Of a stretch of DNA of 64,000 nucleotides, positions 41,132 to 53,488 are shown in pieces. Under the pieces are notes generated by a model that made no database searches, had not been told where the DNA came from, and saw only the letters and a program-made list of their open reading frames with translations. Source of the stretch: Mytilus edulis (taxonomy: Eukaryota); NCBI RefSeq assembly GCF_963676685.1, contig NC_092348.1, forward strand, positions 12,214,001-12,278,000, written 5' to 3'. Position numbers and translations under genes: made by a program. Positions within the stretch are counted from its first letter, which is position 1; every line of letters begins with the position of its first letter.

Positions 41132-44100
41132 TTAACGAATAGACAATACTTCTGATGTCACCATCTCTTTCAGTTGATGGGATGAAATGTGTCCTTCAAA
41201 AAAGTTTCTAAGATCTGTGAGGCAAAATTGCTGTAAATAGTCCATCACCGTTTTTCCATTTTTGTCCTTAATTTGAAGATTTATCTTTCGTGATATAAGG
41301 AATTTTATCATTCCTATTATACTATGCAAATGTTTTAAACTATCTCTTTTCTTTTGCTTCATGAAATAATCGTACTGAATTACTAGAATATGCATAACGC
41401 TACGTCCTTTTGAATTAGTAATGTCAATGTTGGCATTAAAATTGATTAAAAGTCGTAAAGCATGGATTCTCAATCCGGCACACCATTCGTTATCCGAAAC
41501 TTCAATATGATAACTACTCGTTGCAACTTCACTTATATAGTGATATCGGCAGTTTATTTTGCAAACTGTGTGCAAGATGCTTTTTCCAAAACGATTTTTT
41601 GCATTGATGTCACATATGTTTCTCTGAAGAATGATAGATAAAATTTTCAGTGTGTCTGGTCTCATTGCTAAAACTGCATAGTGTAAATAATTTCGGCCAA
41701 ATGTGTCGTTTAATGACAAATCACCACCATAACGTATAAATTCGTTGAATAAAAATATTTCATTGACATCTAAATATAGTAATATGTAATGCATCGGAGT
41801 TTGCCCTTCCTTATTTTTTCTGTTGACGTTAGCATTATGACTGAGCAGCTGTAAAACAATATCTTTTCGGACATTCAAGCGAACGGCCATATGCAGTGGG
41901 GTCTCGCCATCTTTATTCTTGCTATTAATTTCCACACCTTTGGCATAAAATTCTTCGATTGAGGTTAAACCTACATCTATCCCGTGTGAGTATGACTTTA
42001 CTAAATGATGGAATGCGTTACCTATTTCGTCCTCGTCATCAGGACTTACACTATCAGGTAAAAACTGAATGACTTTCGTACGCAGTTTGTGTGATTTCGC
42101 TGCCCATATAAAAGGTTGACCGTAATCTATATTGGTTTCATAATTCGAAAGCAATTCAAGTCCTTTTTTGACGTTTTCGTCAAAACCATCAGACAAAATG
42201 AGATGGTAAACGACAGTTTCGTTTTTGCTGTTTTTTATATTTGGATTTGCACCCTTCTGTAGTAAAAATGTCATAATTTCTAACAGTCCTTTAAAGTCAT
42301 TCAAATAATATCTTACTGCGTTTATTAAGTATGTGTTTCCATTTACATCTTGGTAATCAAGATTCTTATCACTTAGAAACAGCCATTGTACCACCTTGTT
42401 GACCAGGGCGTTGCTGAGATCTTGAGAGCATAGCTTCAGTATTGTATGCTTTATAAACTTGTCATTTGCTTGCATTGTAGCTAATTTACTGATAAATGTA
42501 TCAACGCTTAGAACCTTAACTTTCGAAATAATAGCCAAAATTGCCCATGTGTTTGGTATAGATTCAGCTTGATCTAAAATAGTGACCATTTTCTCTTGTA
42601 TTTCGTCAGATATGCGACATGAATATTTCTGAAGAAGAAATTCGAATAAAAAAGGATTGATATACTTCGATAAACATTTTGGATTTGAAAGCGTTTCTTC
42701 TAAATTTGCCCCTGCCTCGAGTAGTGACTCTAGAATTCGTTTGGCATCTTCCAAAAAATATTTATCACAATCTTGAATTGATAATAATGTTTGTAATGGC
42801 GACCATCCTCCTTGGCAAGAAATGTTTATACTTATTTTAGACATTCCTTTTATAAGTATCGATGCTAATTCAAACGACCTACATCTACAATTGAGTAAAC
42901 AATTCAAAGGTGTTTGATTCCACGAATTAATATCATTTACATCTGCACCTAACTGTAAAAGTAATTTTATTACTCCTATTCTCTCCTTCTTTCCCAACTT
43001 GTTCGTAAGTCGACACAAGCAGGCGAGATGAAGAGGTGTGTTATTGTTGTCATCTTTACCGTTTATAAATTTCCGTAAGTGCACTTTGCTTACTTTAGAA
43101 ATTATTCCCTCCATAACCAATATAACATTTGTTCGGTTTCCCTCATTTTGAGGTAAAAGAAGGTAGTGAAGAACATTATTCCCGTGATCATCAACTTCCA
43201 TCCAGTCCACTCCATACGAATTCAGAGTAGTGAGAATTTGGATATCGAATTTACCAGATGCTATAAGATTCATTGCCACTGTGCAGTCTCCTTTAGTGTG
43301 AATGTTTGTCTCCTCTGATTTTTCCGTTGGATGTGCTGGTTTATTTCCTGTTTCGATATTTGAGGAGCATACCGTCAGTTCACTATGTCGATCATCCGAA
43401 ATCTGAGCACATACGTCAGACTCTTCTGGATAACTTTCTGGTGTGACTGCAAAAGAATGACGGGGTAAAAAGAGAATCTTTGTCGAAAAAGCAATCCAGT
43501 TCTGAGTATATATTTGACGGACACTTGCCTTTGGTAATATACGAATATTTTCTCCAGTTGAATCATGACAAGGAAACGATTCCGTGTAGATTAGTTGTCC
43601 GAAGCCTTGATCTTCAATTGTTTCGATACAAAAATCATTACCCAAAGAATTACGTAGATTATACTTCTCACATTTTTTGTTTACTAATGCTCCGTGTTTC
43701 AAAAGAAATTTCAATTTATTTTGATTATTCTCATTTGAACAATAGAAGATTGGTGTACGTCCGTCCTTATCTGTGCTATTCAAAACTTCATTTTTCCCTT
43801 CCTCATTCATTGTATTCATAATGGCGGAAAGTACACATGTATCTTGTAAAAAATGGGCAACATTTTTGCCTTCTGAGTCAAGTAATGTAATGTTTGCGTT
43901 ATGAGAAATTAATGCAAGCGCTATCGCTCCTGTTTTTGAATAAAACAGAGGCGATCTCCCAGCGCTGTCTTTTTTGTCAACTGGTGATCCATTTCTAAAA
44001 AAGAAATTTACTAATTCTTCATTAAATGCATAATGCAGTGGAATCTTCCCACTTATGTCAGGAGTGTTTATATCATGGCTTTCCAAAAGCAAGCTAGCCA

Positions 44101-47100
44101 TTTGCACGCTTTTAACATGATTCATTAAATGGTATGAATTGTTTTTCTGATATTTGTTAGCTAGAAGTATTTGCGCAATAGTAAGATTATCTGTTTTCAC
44201 AGCAAAAAATAGCGCAGAGTTGCCATTTAAATCTATCGAGTTGACATCGGCTTGATAGTCGAGAAGGAGTCTTACTAGTGTCTCATCCTCTATTTGAACT
44301 GCTTTACTTAGTGTTCTATACACAGTGATATCTTCACGAAAATGAGCCTTGTTTTCTAGAAGATACCGAACAGTGTCCTTATTTACGGTTAGCTCGCCAA
44401 ATATTGAGGCTTGAAGAACAGTCATACCATGTGTATCTTGTGTTATACAGTAATCACAGCCGTAAGTTTGCATTTTTCTTTCCTTATGTACCGAGCTATT
44501 TATATCCCCTCCTAAGTCTTGCAAACGTTGTAACAGTATTTGTTTGTACCTAAACAATGATGCAAGCACAAACGTTGCTGATGCTTGTACTTTCACAAAT
44601 AACGAATCCACTTCTTTCACTGTTTGATAGAAATTTTTCAGAAGCAATTTTGAACACAACTTGTTATTGTCTACTGCAGCAGCCCAGTATAGCAGGCAAC
44701 CATTCCATAGACAACCATGGTCTTTTTCTTGTTCTGTTGATTGTAAAATTCGGAAATATTTCATTTTGTCTGTTTCCTGAAGCTTTTGAAGACAATCAGA
44801 AAATATTGCTAGGAAAACCGGGGAAAACATAGCCTGATGTCCACAAACATGTCGAATACACCCAAGCTCAATTTCGTTCAAAAATCTTTCCGCTAAGGAA
44901 ACATAAAACCTAGATGGAATGATTATATGTTCGTCTATACGTTGGTCTGTCTCGACTCGTACCCGTTCGGTGATAAATTCAAATGGCAAATATTTCAAAC
45001 AAGGCATTGGTAATATTTTTGAAAATGATACACATATTGCTTGAAATATGCAATCGTGTTGAATTTTGATTTTATTATTTCCCCTGGTCACATAAAGATC
45101 TGGAATTCTATCTAAACATTCGTTCATAATCTGGACAAGTTCATCGTTTCTGCATCGTAAAATCCCTAGCAATGGATCTATATGTGCTATACATGCATCA
45201 GTTCCGAGACACGAATCATTTATTTCTCCGTCGTTCAATATTAACATGATTAGAAAGGCAAATACTTCACGGTCGTCTTTATACATTTGGCTAATCTCTG
45301 ATTGTATAATTCGGACCGGATTTTCGAAAAAGCGGCTTCCCTTTTGAAACAAGTCATCTTGTTGGAAGAATAGTTTTACGCAAATAGGAAAACAAGGACA
45401 TTTAACCTTGCAAATATCATTTGCACAGTCGTCAGTGATCTTTTCAGATTTGGAATATTTTTTCTCGTGCGTTCTAAGAATTTCTAATTTTTCGGCAAAT
45501 GGAATTGGTTGCGTCAGATCTACTTGATAATCCACATTTTGTAATATATCCAGACTTTTATCTTCTTTCAACACTACCAGAACATCAGGTCGAATTGTAA
45601 TGATAAGGAGAACCGTTTTGCCTGTCTCGTCATCTGGTTCAAGGTATAATTGTATCGTTTTCAATAAAGATTTCAATTCTAAAGACTTTCTACTGAAAGT
45701 ACATGGTTTTGAAAATACATCATCTAGTAAGACGATCTGTTTTCCGTAAGTTCGCCATTTGAACAGTGATTCGACAGACTTTAATTCATATCCTTCTTCA
45801 ATTTTTTCAGAGATAAGTTTTCGTGCTAGAAATGATTTCCCTGTTCCTATAGATCCAGATATAACAACTATTCTATGGGTCTCTAACTTTTCTCTTGCCT
45901 CATTATAATGCTGTGTTTTAACAAACATTTCATGCATCGGTTTATTGATTGCTTGATAAATGTTTGATGACCAGTCATCTAAAAATAGATAAAGCATGTA
46001 ATAGAATTTTAACAAAGCAACTGGGCGCTTTGTATTCTTCTCAGATTTTATGTAAGGAGATAAATAAACTTTTAGCAACCTGGACATGTGGCATGTAGTC
46101 CCTTACTTATAATATTAATTACTTGCTGTGGTCTGAATATTATGCGTGAGACTTACATAAAGCAGACGGCAACCAAACAAAAATAATATCAACAAAGAAT
46201 CAGTTTGATTTAAAATTTCAAGTAACGGTTTCAATTATTTTAGGCTTTGTTTGAACTTTTTGAAACACATATATCTCAGTGAGTTTTGTCCAATCTCACT
46301 ATTGCAAAATACAAATTCATTCTTATCAAGGTAGTAAAAGTACAAAATGTCTAATTTTGAAATAAATGTCAGTTTTGTTTACATGATATAATTCCTTAAC
46401 AAGCTTACTTTCAGAAAATTAAAAAGCTCACAAAATAAGTTAATTGATATAAAAATAACAGTGCAATTGCAAAGATATGTTTTTCATTAAAAAAAATGAT
46501 AATATACATCACACTTAATTAAAAAGCAAAAATACTCTATTAAGCCTCGGTCACACCTTACCGGATAGCACGAACGGACGCCTAACAGATGAAAATAAAA
46601 GTTGTCCGTTGACAAAATTGTTATCCGTCGTGAGTTCGTTAAGGTTTATGTACCCTTCTGTAGCCATTTTTGTACGAACTTTTCAAACTTCAATTGTATC
46701 AAAACTACAGATATAATGAATAATAGAGATAGGCCATTTTGTACATATTCCAAGGGGAAACTTGATGCAAAGCATTATTTTTTACTGTTCCATTGCATTT
46801 AATAGAAAAAGAGGACTTTGTGGCAAATAAATCAAGATTTGTATAGAAAATCCACAGCCTTTATCCTTGTACTCTCATATTTGGCAATTTGATGACTGAT
46901 AGATATAGGATTATTGCATGCAGTGCTAGCATTGATTTCCTTAAAACAAGTTTATAAATGTAGTTATTGGTTAGGACAAGTATAAATATGGCCAAAATCA
47001 AGTACACCTTTTAGGGTGCGCTCGACTTTAGTGACTCAGCACGAGGTGTTTTGGAATTTACAGGTTACTTAGAACTTTTTGTAAAAAAAACCACTAGCAC

Positions 47101-50100
47101 ATCATAGAAAATCAAGTGAGTAATTTATGTTTAAAATTTTATAACAAAAATCTCTGTATTAAAGGCTGTGGATTTTCTATAAAAATCTTGATTTATTTGC
47201 CACAAAATCCTCTTTTACTATCAAATGCAATGAAACAGTAAAAAATAATGCTTTGCATCAAGTTTCCCCTTGGAACATGTACTAAATGGCCTATCTATAT
47301 TATTTATTATATCTTTAGTTTTGATACAATTGAGGTTTGAAAAATTCGTACAAAAATGGCTACAGAAGGGTACATAATTCTTAATGTGCTGACCGAATAA
47401 AACGGACGTGTAACGAATTCATAACGGACACACCGGAAATGCAAAGTATGAGAAACGGAAAGGTACCAGACAGAACGGATGTCGAAAGTACATCCAACGG
47501 ACGAGTACCGCATAAAACGGACACCGAACGGAAGCCTACCGAATAAAACGGATGAACAACAATATACGAAAAATTAAAGGCGACAATAATAATACATGTA
47601 AATCGCATAAATATTCAAAATGTTTCTGTGTAACTGATTTTGATTTGTTCTTCAAAATGCCGCCAAATGGCAGTGTCGCAGTTATCTGCCAGACCTCCAA
47701 CGGATGTATAACGGACACGTAACGGATACAACACGGAAACGAAACGGACGAGTACCATACAAAACCAACGACTACCGGACGTTCAACGGACATTCATCCG
47801 TTGGACGTCCGTTCAAAGTTTATAACATGCTCAAAATTTTCCACCGGACAGAACGGACGTGATCGGATAAAACGTACGCTTAACGGACATGCAACGGATA
47901 TGGATGGACGTCCAACGGATAAAAATGGACGTCTAACGGACAAGAAGGGATTGAAAAAAAGTTATCCGTTAGGCATCCGTTCGAGCTATCCGTTAAGGCT
48001 CGATCACACCTTAACGGATAGCTCGAACGGATGCCTAACGGATAACTTTTTTTTTAATCCGTTCATGTTCGTTAGACGTCCGTTCTTATCCGTTGGACGT
48101 CCGTCCATATCCGTTGCATGTCCGTAAAGCGTAAGTTTTATCCGTTCACGTCTGTTCTGTCCGTTGGAAACCGTTCTGTCCGGTGGAAATTTGTGAGCAT
48201 GTTCAAAACTTTTAACGGACGTCCAACGGATGAAATGTCCGTTGAACGTCCGGTAGGCGTCCGTTTTGTATTATATCCGTTACGTGTCCGTTATACATCC
48301 GTTGGAGGTCTGGCAGATAAATTCACCAACGGACTTCTAACGGACGTCTAACGAATAAAACGGATGTTGAACGTATACAAAACGGACTTCTACCGGACTT
48401 ATAACGGATAAAACGGATGATGAATGGATCTGAAACGGATAAATGTCAATTGAAAATTTCGCGTCAGAAATGCAAATTAGATTTCTTAAGGTTCATGAAT
48501 TCTTATTATTCATAATCGATCTTAGAGTAAGTGCACGTCTTCACAATCAATCAGCTCTTATTCAGGACAGACACTGCCATTTGGCGGCATTTTGAAGAAC
48601 AAATCAAAACCAGTTACACAGAAACATTTTGAATATATTAAGCGATTTACATGTATAATTATTGTCGCCTGTAATTTTTCCGTATATCTTTGTTTATCCG
48701 TTTTATCCGGTAGGCTTCCGTTCGGTGTCCGTTTTATGAGGTACTTGTCCGTTGGATGTACGTTCGACATCCGTTCTGTCCGGTACGTACGTTTCCGTTC
48801 TCATACGTTGCATTTCCGGTGTGTGTCCGTTATGTATTCGTTACACGTCCGTTTTATTTGGTCAGCAAATTAATGGACTCACAACGGATAACAATTTTGT
48901 CAACGGACAACTTTTAATTCATTCGTTAGGCGTCCGTTCGTGCTATCCGGTAAGGTGTGACCGAGGCTTAACATATCGAATAATTGCATTTTTTTATTTT
49001 GATACTGATTTTTAGCTAGCTATAGAATACCAAGCGACCCGGCTAGAACGAGCTTATATTGCAGCTGATTAAATCAGTATCAAACAAAACAAAAGGAATT
49101 AAATCTTTTTTGATACAATATGTTTTCTTTATTGTGTTGAAAATATGAAATAAAATGAAATATAGTTAGTAACACTATTTTATGTGTACAAGATATAATG
49201 ATAGTTGCTCGGTAGTATAACTAAAGCCGTGTGCTTTTTATAGATAAAAGGACATGAGCAAGAGAAAATTGCTGCAGTGATATGTAACGTTATTGCCTAT
49301 CTTTTTCGAGTAGCAGAAAATATTAAACTGTAAGAACGTGTACAATATGTCGATAATATTTTTATGGGAAAATTATAGTATTGCCCTCAACACAGAACAC
49401 AACGCTCAGACTCTCAAAGTTCAAACTGGCACACGATCAAACGTATACTGTTGCTACCTGTTAAAAATTGAATTATGCTTTTAAGGTTACTCACTTCTTT
49501 CCCCTCTTCCTGCTTCAGGGTTGAGGTTTATTTGTACACAATCAGCTTTTCCAATAGATACACCTAAACGAAAACAACGACATATTACAAAATCTTTGAA
49601 TTTGCTCATCAACTGAAGCTTTACCAAAAAGTGATTTTATTTCTTGCACATTTGTATGAAATTTACTAAGCACTTCGAATATTGTTGACATGTTTTGTTA
49701 CTTTCAATAATAGTTTGAGGTTATTATTACAAACACATTCTACATCAACTTGTAAAGGTATGGCAACATGGGAAAACGTGGTCAATTGTATGAAAAAGTT
49801 AGAAGTGGTAATACAGAATATTGATTCTCTAACAAAAGAGGGACGAAAGATACCAAAGGGACAGTCAAACTCATAAATCTAAAACAAACTGACAACGCCA
49901 TGGCTAAAAATGAAAAAGACAAACAGAAAAACAATAGTACACATGACACAACATAGAAAACTAAAGAATAAACAACACGAACCCCACCAAAAACTAGGGG
50001 TGATCTCAGGTGCTCCTGAACGTTAAGCAGATCCTGCTCCACATGCGGCACCCGTCGTGTTGCTTATGTGATAACTAATCCGGTAAATAGTCTAATTCGG

Positions 50101-52510
50101 TAGGTCACATTCAGGAAAGGGAAGGGGATTGTAGTTACGACGTAAGGAACATATCCGATATCATTTGTGATACGGTTATTCCATAACGGTCAACCAACTC
50201 GTGATGGCGTCCGTAAAATTTACGAAGGGATGATTTCAACTTCACCATTTGGAACTCTTGGTTTAATAGCTTCCTTGTGAGCAGCAACCCTCTATCAAGA
50301 AAATCATGATAGGAAATGCAAGCACGGGAATATCGTATCAATTGGGAGATATATACCCCGTATGCAGGTGCTGCTGGAATGTTGCTACTTAGAAATGGAA
50401 AGTTCACAATTGAAAAGCTGAAATAATCTCTTTTGTCGTAAAGTTTTGTTTTCAACCGACCCTCATTGTCAATTTCTAGATGTAAGTCAAGATGTGAGGC
50501 CGACTTAACTGTATCTGTAGTATCCTTTATCTCTAGCTCGATTGGATAGATGCGTTCCACATAGTCACCAAATTTTGAATTATTTAGTAAAAGAACATCA
50601 TCTATATAGCGAAACGTAGAGTTAAAGGATAGTGCTAACTTCTTATCTTTCTTCCTAAGAAGTTCCTGCATGAAGTCAGCCTCATAATAATAAAGAAACA
50701 AGTCGGCAAGTAGAGGGGCACAGTTGGTTCCCATTGGAATGCCGACAGTCTGTTGAAAAACACGTCCTCCGAACATAACAAATATGTTGTCAATCAAGAA
50801 ATCAAGCATCTTGATAATATCAGTTTCAGAGAATTTTTTGTTCGAATCAGAGTGATCCTTTACAAAGTAGGACTTATCCCTCCCTAAGACAAGATACTTG
50901 TATCTACGTTGGCCATTCTTTTTTACGAAGCAAAGCAATACCAACTCTTTCAATTTGTCTTTTAGTTTGGAATGTGGAATACTAGTGTACAGAAAACTTT
51001 GAACACAAGTTGTGAACCCTCTATTAACCAAACATATAGATTTAGGGAAAACGCCTTTACATATACGTAAAGAAATACATTTTGAAACTAAGAAGATGTG
51101 ATCCTGCTCAATATGTGGCATCTGTCGAGTTGTTCATATTATATCAAACCCGGTAAATAGTCTAATTAGGTACAAAGGAAAAATAAAGAACATATCCAAA
51201 GTCATCTGTGTAACGGATATTCCATAACGGTCAACCAACTCGTGATGGCGTCCATAAAATTAACGAAGGTATGACTTCAACTTCACCATTTAGAACTCTG
51301 AGTTCAAAGGCAACTCTTATCAAGAAAATACGCCGGGGATCACACACTCCAAGATTAGAAATGGGTTCAGTAGTTTCAGAGAAGATCAGTAAAATTTGTA
51401 CGACGCCGATTATTAGACGGCGACAGTTGCATAGTTGTCACATTCAACGCCAGTCAAACAGTTCAAAAATGTAATCTTATAGACGACAAGCATTCTGTGA
51501 GTATTGTATGGCAATACATAGTCCCATACCGGTTAAAAGTTCATTGAATTGAAACAAAATTCAAACTTAATTTATAACGTGTCATGGTGTAAACTGTATT
51601 ACAAATGTCAAATCATAATCTTCAAGCTTGACAGAAAAATGGTGAAATCTGATTATCTTCTGAGATAGCAAACTATTTTTTTTTTCGCTCTTTATGTATA
51701 AGTATGAAAATTCTTACAGTAACGGTACTCAGGTTGGCAAAACATCAATTTTAACTTAATTGAATGTTTCAGATGAAATAAGTTGAATTGCAAGGGATTT
51801 TCGACGAAAAGGCTATTTATTAGATTATTTTTCGTTTGCGGTATTTGATCTACACAATTGCGACTTACAAATGAAATGCGAACATTGTGATAAGTAGCTA
51901 TAGATTTTCATGTAACCATTTGAGATCCCTATTTGTAACAGTGTGGTGGCCGAGTGGTTAAAGCGTTGGACAAGTTCCAATGGACGTATGTCCGCGTTGG
52001 TTCGAACCCCACCCGCACTAGTCTTATTTTTATTACACCAAATTGACATCTTGCCTGAAACTGAGTGAATTGTACGCAAGTGCAGCTCCTTATAATATCG
52101 AATAAACAATGATTTCAAAGTTCCGAAATATAGATCTACAATTGCTGCTAGAACAGTTAGTAATGCTTTAAATTGTAACCGCAGTATTTTTCTAATAGCG
52201 CAACTGCAATCAGGATTTATAGATAACTTGAAGTTTTACCATCGTTGCTCGTCGGTGAAGTCATAAACATTTCCATGCTGTTCACTCTTGATATATTAAT
52301 GGGTGATCTCTCAGTATCTAAATGCAATGTTTCAGTGGACACCTTACAATTTAACCTGCTAGTTATTTGAATATTTTCTACACATGGTTTAGAGTTAGCA
52401 CGTGGTTTTTCCTTCGTAATTGATATTGCTCCATCTTCGTTGGAGAAGATACCCTCATCGTTTTCACCTCCTTCGTCTGAAGAATGCTTGGACTTTTCGT
52501 CGTTTTCCAT
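41132..52510 (-). CDS. NLR-like protein: nSTAND3-type P-loop NTPase plus long ankyrin-repeat array (~1728 aa)
   Basis: Exons 52510..52240 (ATG; acceptor at 52535), 49563..49495 and 45978..41132, joined by two phase-1 GT-AG introns, 5187 nt in frame. Walker A VVISGSIGTGKS, Walker B IVLLDDVF, sensor IITIR, HD motif (IQHDCI), many ankyrin motifs (GNSALFFA, GKIPLHYA, GRTPIFY, NNTPLHLA, GETPLHMA, GQTPMHY). The main exon is very secure; the two upstream exons less so. Confidence 0.9.
46544..48967. mobile_element. Inverted dimer of an AACGGA-rich ~970-bp MITE forming a 2.4-kb palindrome, TTAA-flanked
   Basis: ttaa|gcctcggtcacaccttaccggatagcacgaacggacgcctaac ... gttaggcgtccgttcgtgctatccggtaaggtgtgaccgaggc|ttaa; axis at ~47997-48012 (ccgttaagg-ctcgatcaca-ccttaacgg). 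Confidence 0.92.
46643..47380. mobile_element. Kolobok-like MITE (738 bp, ~215-bp TIRs, TTAA TSD) nested in the left arm of the palindrome
   Basis: ttaa|ggtttatgtacccttctgtagcc ... ggctacagaagggtacataattc|ttaa; the mirrored arm shows the empty single-TTAA site at ~48870. Confidence 0.92.
49830..50990 (-). mobile_element. 5'-truncated Penelope-like retroelement (RT C-terminal part plus 3' UTR), probably Naiad-type
   Basis: Open frame to the stop at 50135 with LYTSIPH, QQTVGIPMGTNCAPLLADLFL, FRYIDD, LDL, LYDKRD; no GIY-YIG endonuclease after the thumb region. Clade assignment is inference. Confidence 0.9.
51090..51330 (-). mobile_element. Second, more degenerate copy of the Penelope-like 3' end
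   Basis: Matches ~50030-50300 (tattccataacggtcaaccaactcgtgatggcgtcc; ccggtaaatagtctaatt). Confidence 0.8.
51940..52020 (+). pseudogene. tRNA-Leu(TAA)-derived pseudogene
   Basis: Acceptor stem AGTGTGG/CCGCACT+A, A box TGGCCGAGTGG, B box GGTTCGAACCC, long variable arm GGACGTATGTCC, downstream T-run. Anticodon loop is only 5 nt (CAAGT); D and T stems each carry a mismatch. Confidence 0.85.
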
Positions 52511-53130
52511 TTCAACAAGCTGATTGTTTTCTACCTGTAGTTTAAATGAAATTAATTAATGTATCATTGTGTTACGGTGTTACTTTGCTATTTGTAATTT
52601 TGTTTGTAAAATATTAAAGACAAAATAGAATAGCAATCATTTCTAAATTTATTATATTTTAGAAAGATAATGTATTGTCCTGTTTCAATATGTATAGATA
52701 TTGCTAAATCCATATTGACCATATTGTTATTGGTAGTCTCGTGCACCAAGTTACAGTTAGAACTACATCTGTGATTACTTAAATAAACATGATAAGAATA
52801 TGTTCATATTGTGTTTTTTTCCATTAGTACTCGTTACAATCATATATGTAGCTTAAACTATTAATAATGTTATTGGAATCAGAAAACTTTTTTTCTGCTG
52901 CAATTCATTAAATTGAAATAACCTTAGAGATCGTACTTAACAGTCAATTATATTCCTTTTTTATAACCTCTTTTCTGGTTCCTTTCTCCATAGTTCGAGA
53001 CCAACAAGAAAGCGAAGATACAAAGTGGGGGAATCAAAAATCATAAATGGATGCAAAATACGACCAAACGGTGAAACGATAAAAAAAACCGTTCTTTAAA
53101 TACTACTAAGAATACATCTTTGCTAGCCCA

Positions 53131-53488
53131 GGGTTACGATCTACCCTCCTCTCCACCCTTGGCAAATCAAGACAACATGTGTGCTAATAATGTTGTGCCA
53201 TCTATCGTTTCAATAAAGTCACGCCCATTCAGAATACAATTCTTGAAAAATGGTAGCACTTGAACTCTCTTCGGTGTGGAGATGAAAACACGATAGCGTC
53301 TAGAGTCTACAACTTTGGTGACGCAGGAAACGAAAATATACGTTGATATTCAAAAAAGAACATACACAGAAACTTCTATTAGTTAATTAAAACATTTACT
53401 TCATCACTAAATTTCGTCGTATGTTTTTGTCTCCTAAATTCTATCTCAATCCGCCAAGGGTGGACAGGAGGATACTGGATCGTAACCC
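53131..53488. mobile_element. MITE-like element with ~33-bp imperfect TIRs
   Basis: gggttacgatctaccctcctctccacccttggc versus gccaagggtggacaggaggatactggatcgtaaccc. Confidence 0.7.

Noticed and set aside
45979-46087. N-terminal 36 aa of the 1651-aa ORF as the true start
   Set aside because: A good acceptor (tatttttag) at 45979-45980 in phase with upstream exons indicates this stretch is intron read-through.
47307-49015. Cluster of short ORFs on both strands
   Set aside because: They arise from AACGGA/TCCGTT-rich palindromic MITE sequence; no protein motifs.
50991-51121. First ~43 aa of the 328-aa RT ORF
   Set aside because: RT similarity starts near LYTSIPH; the upstream part is flanking or UTR-derived sequence that happens to be in frame.
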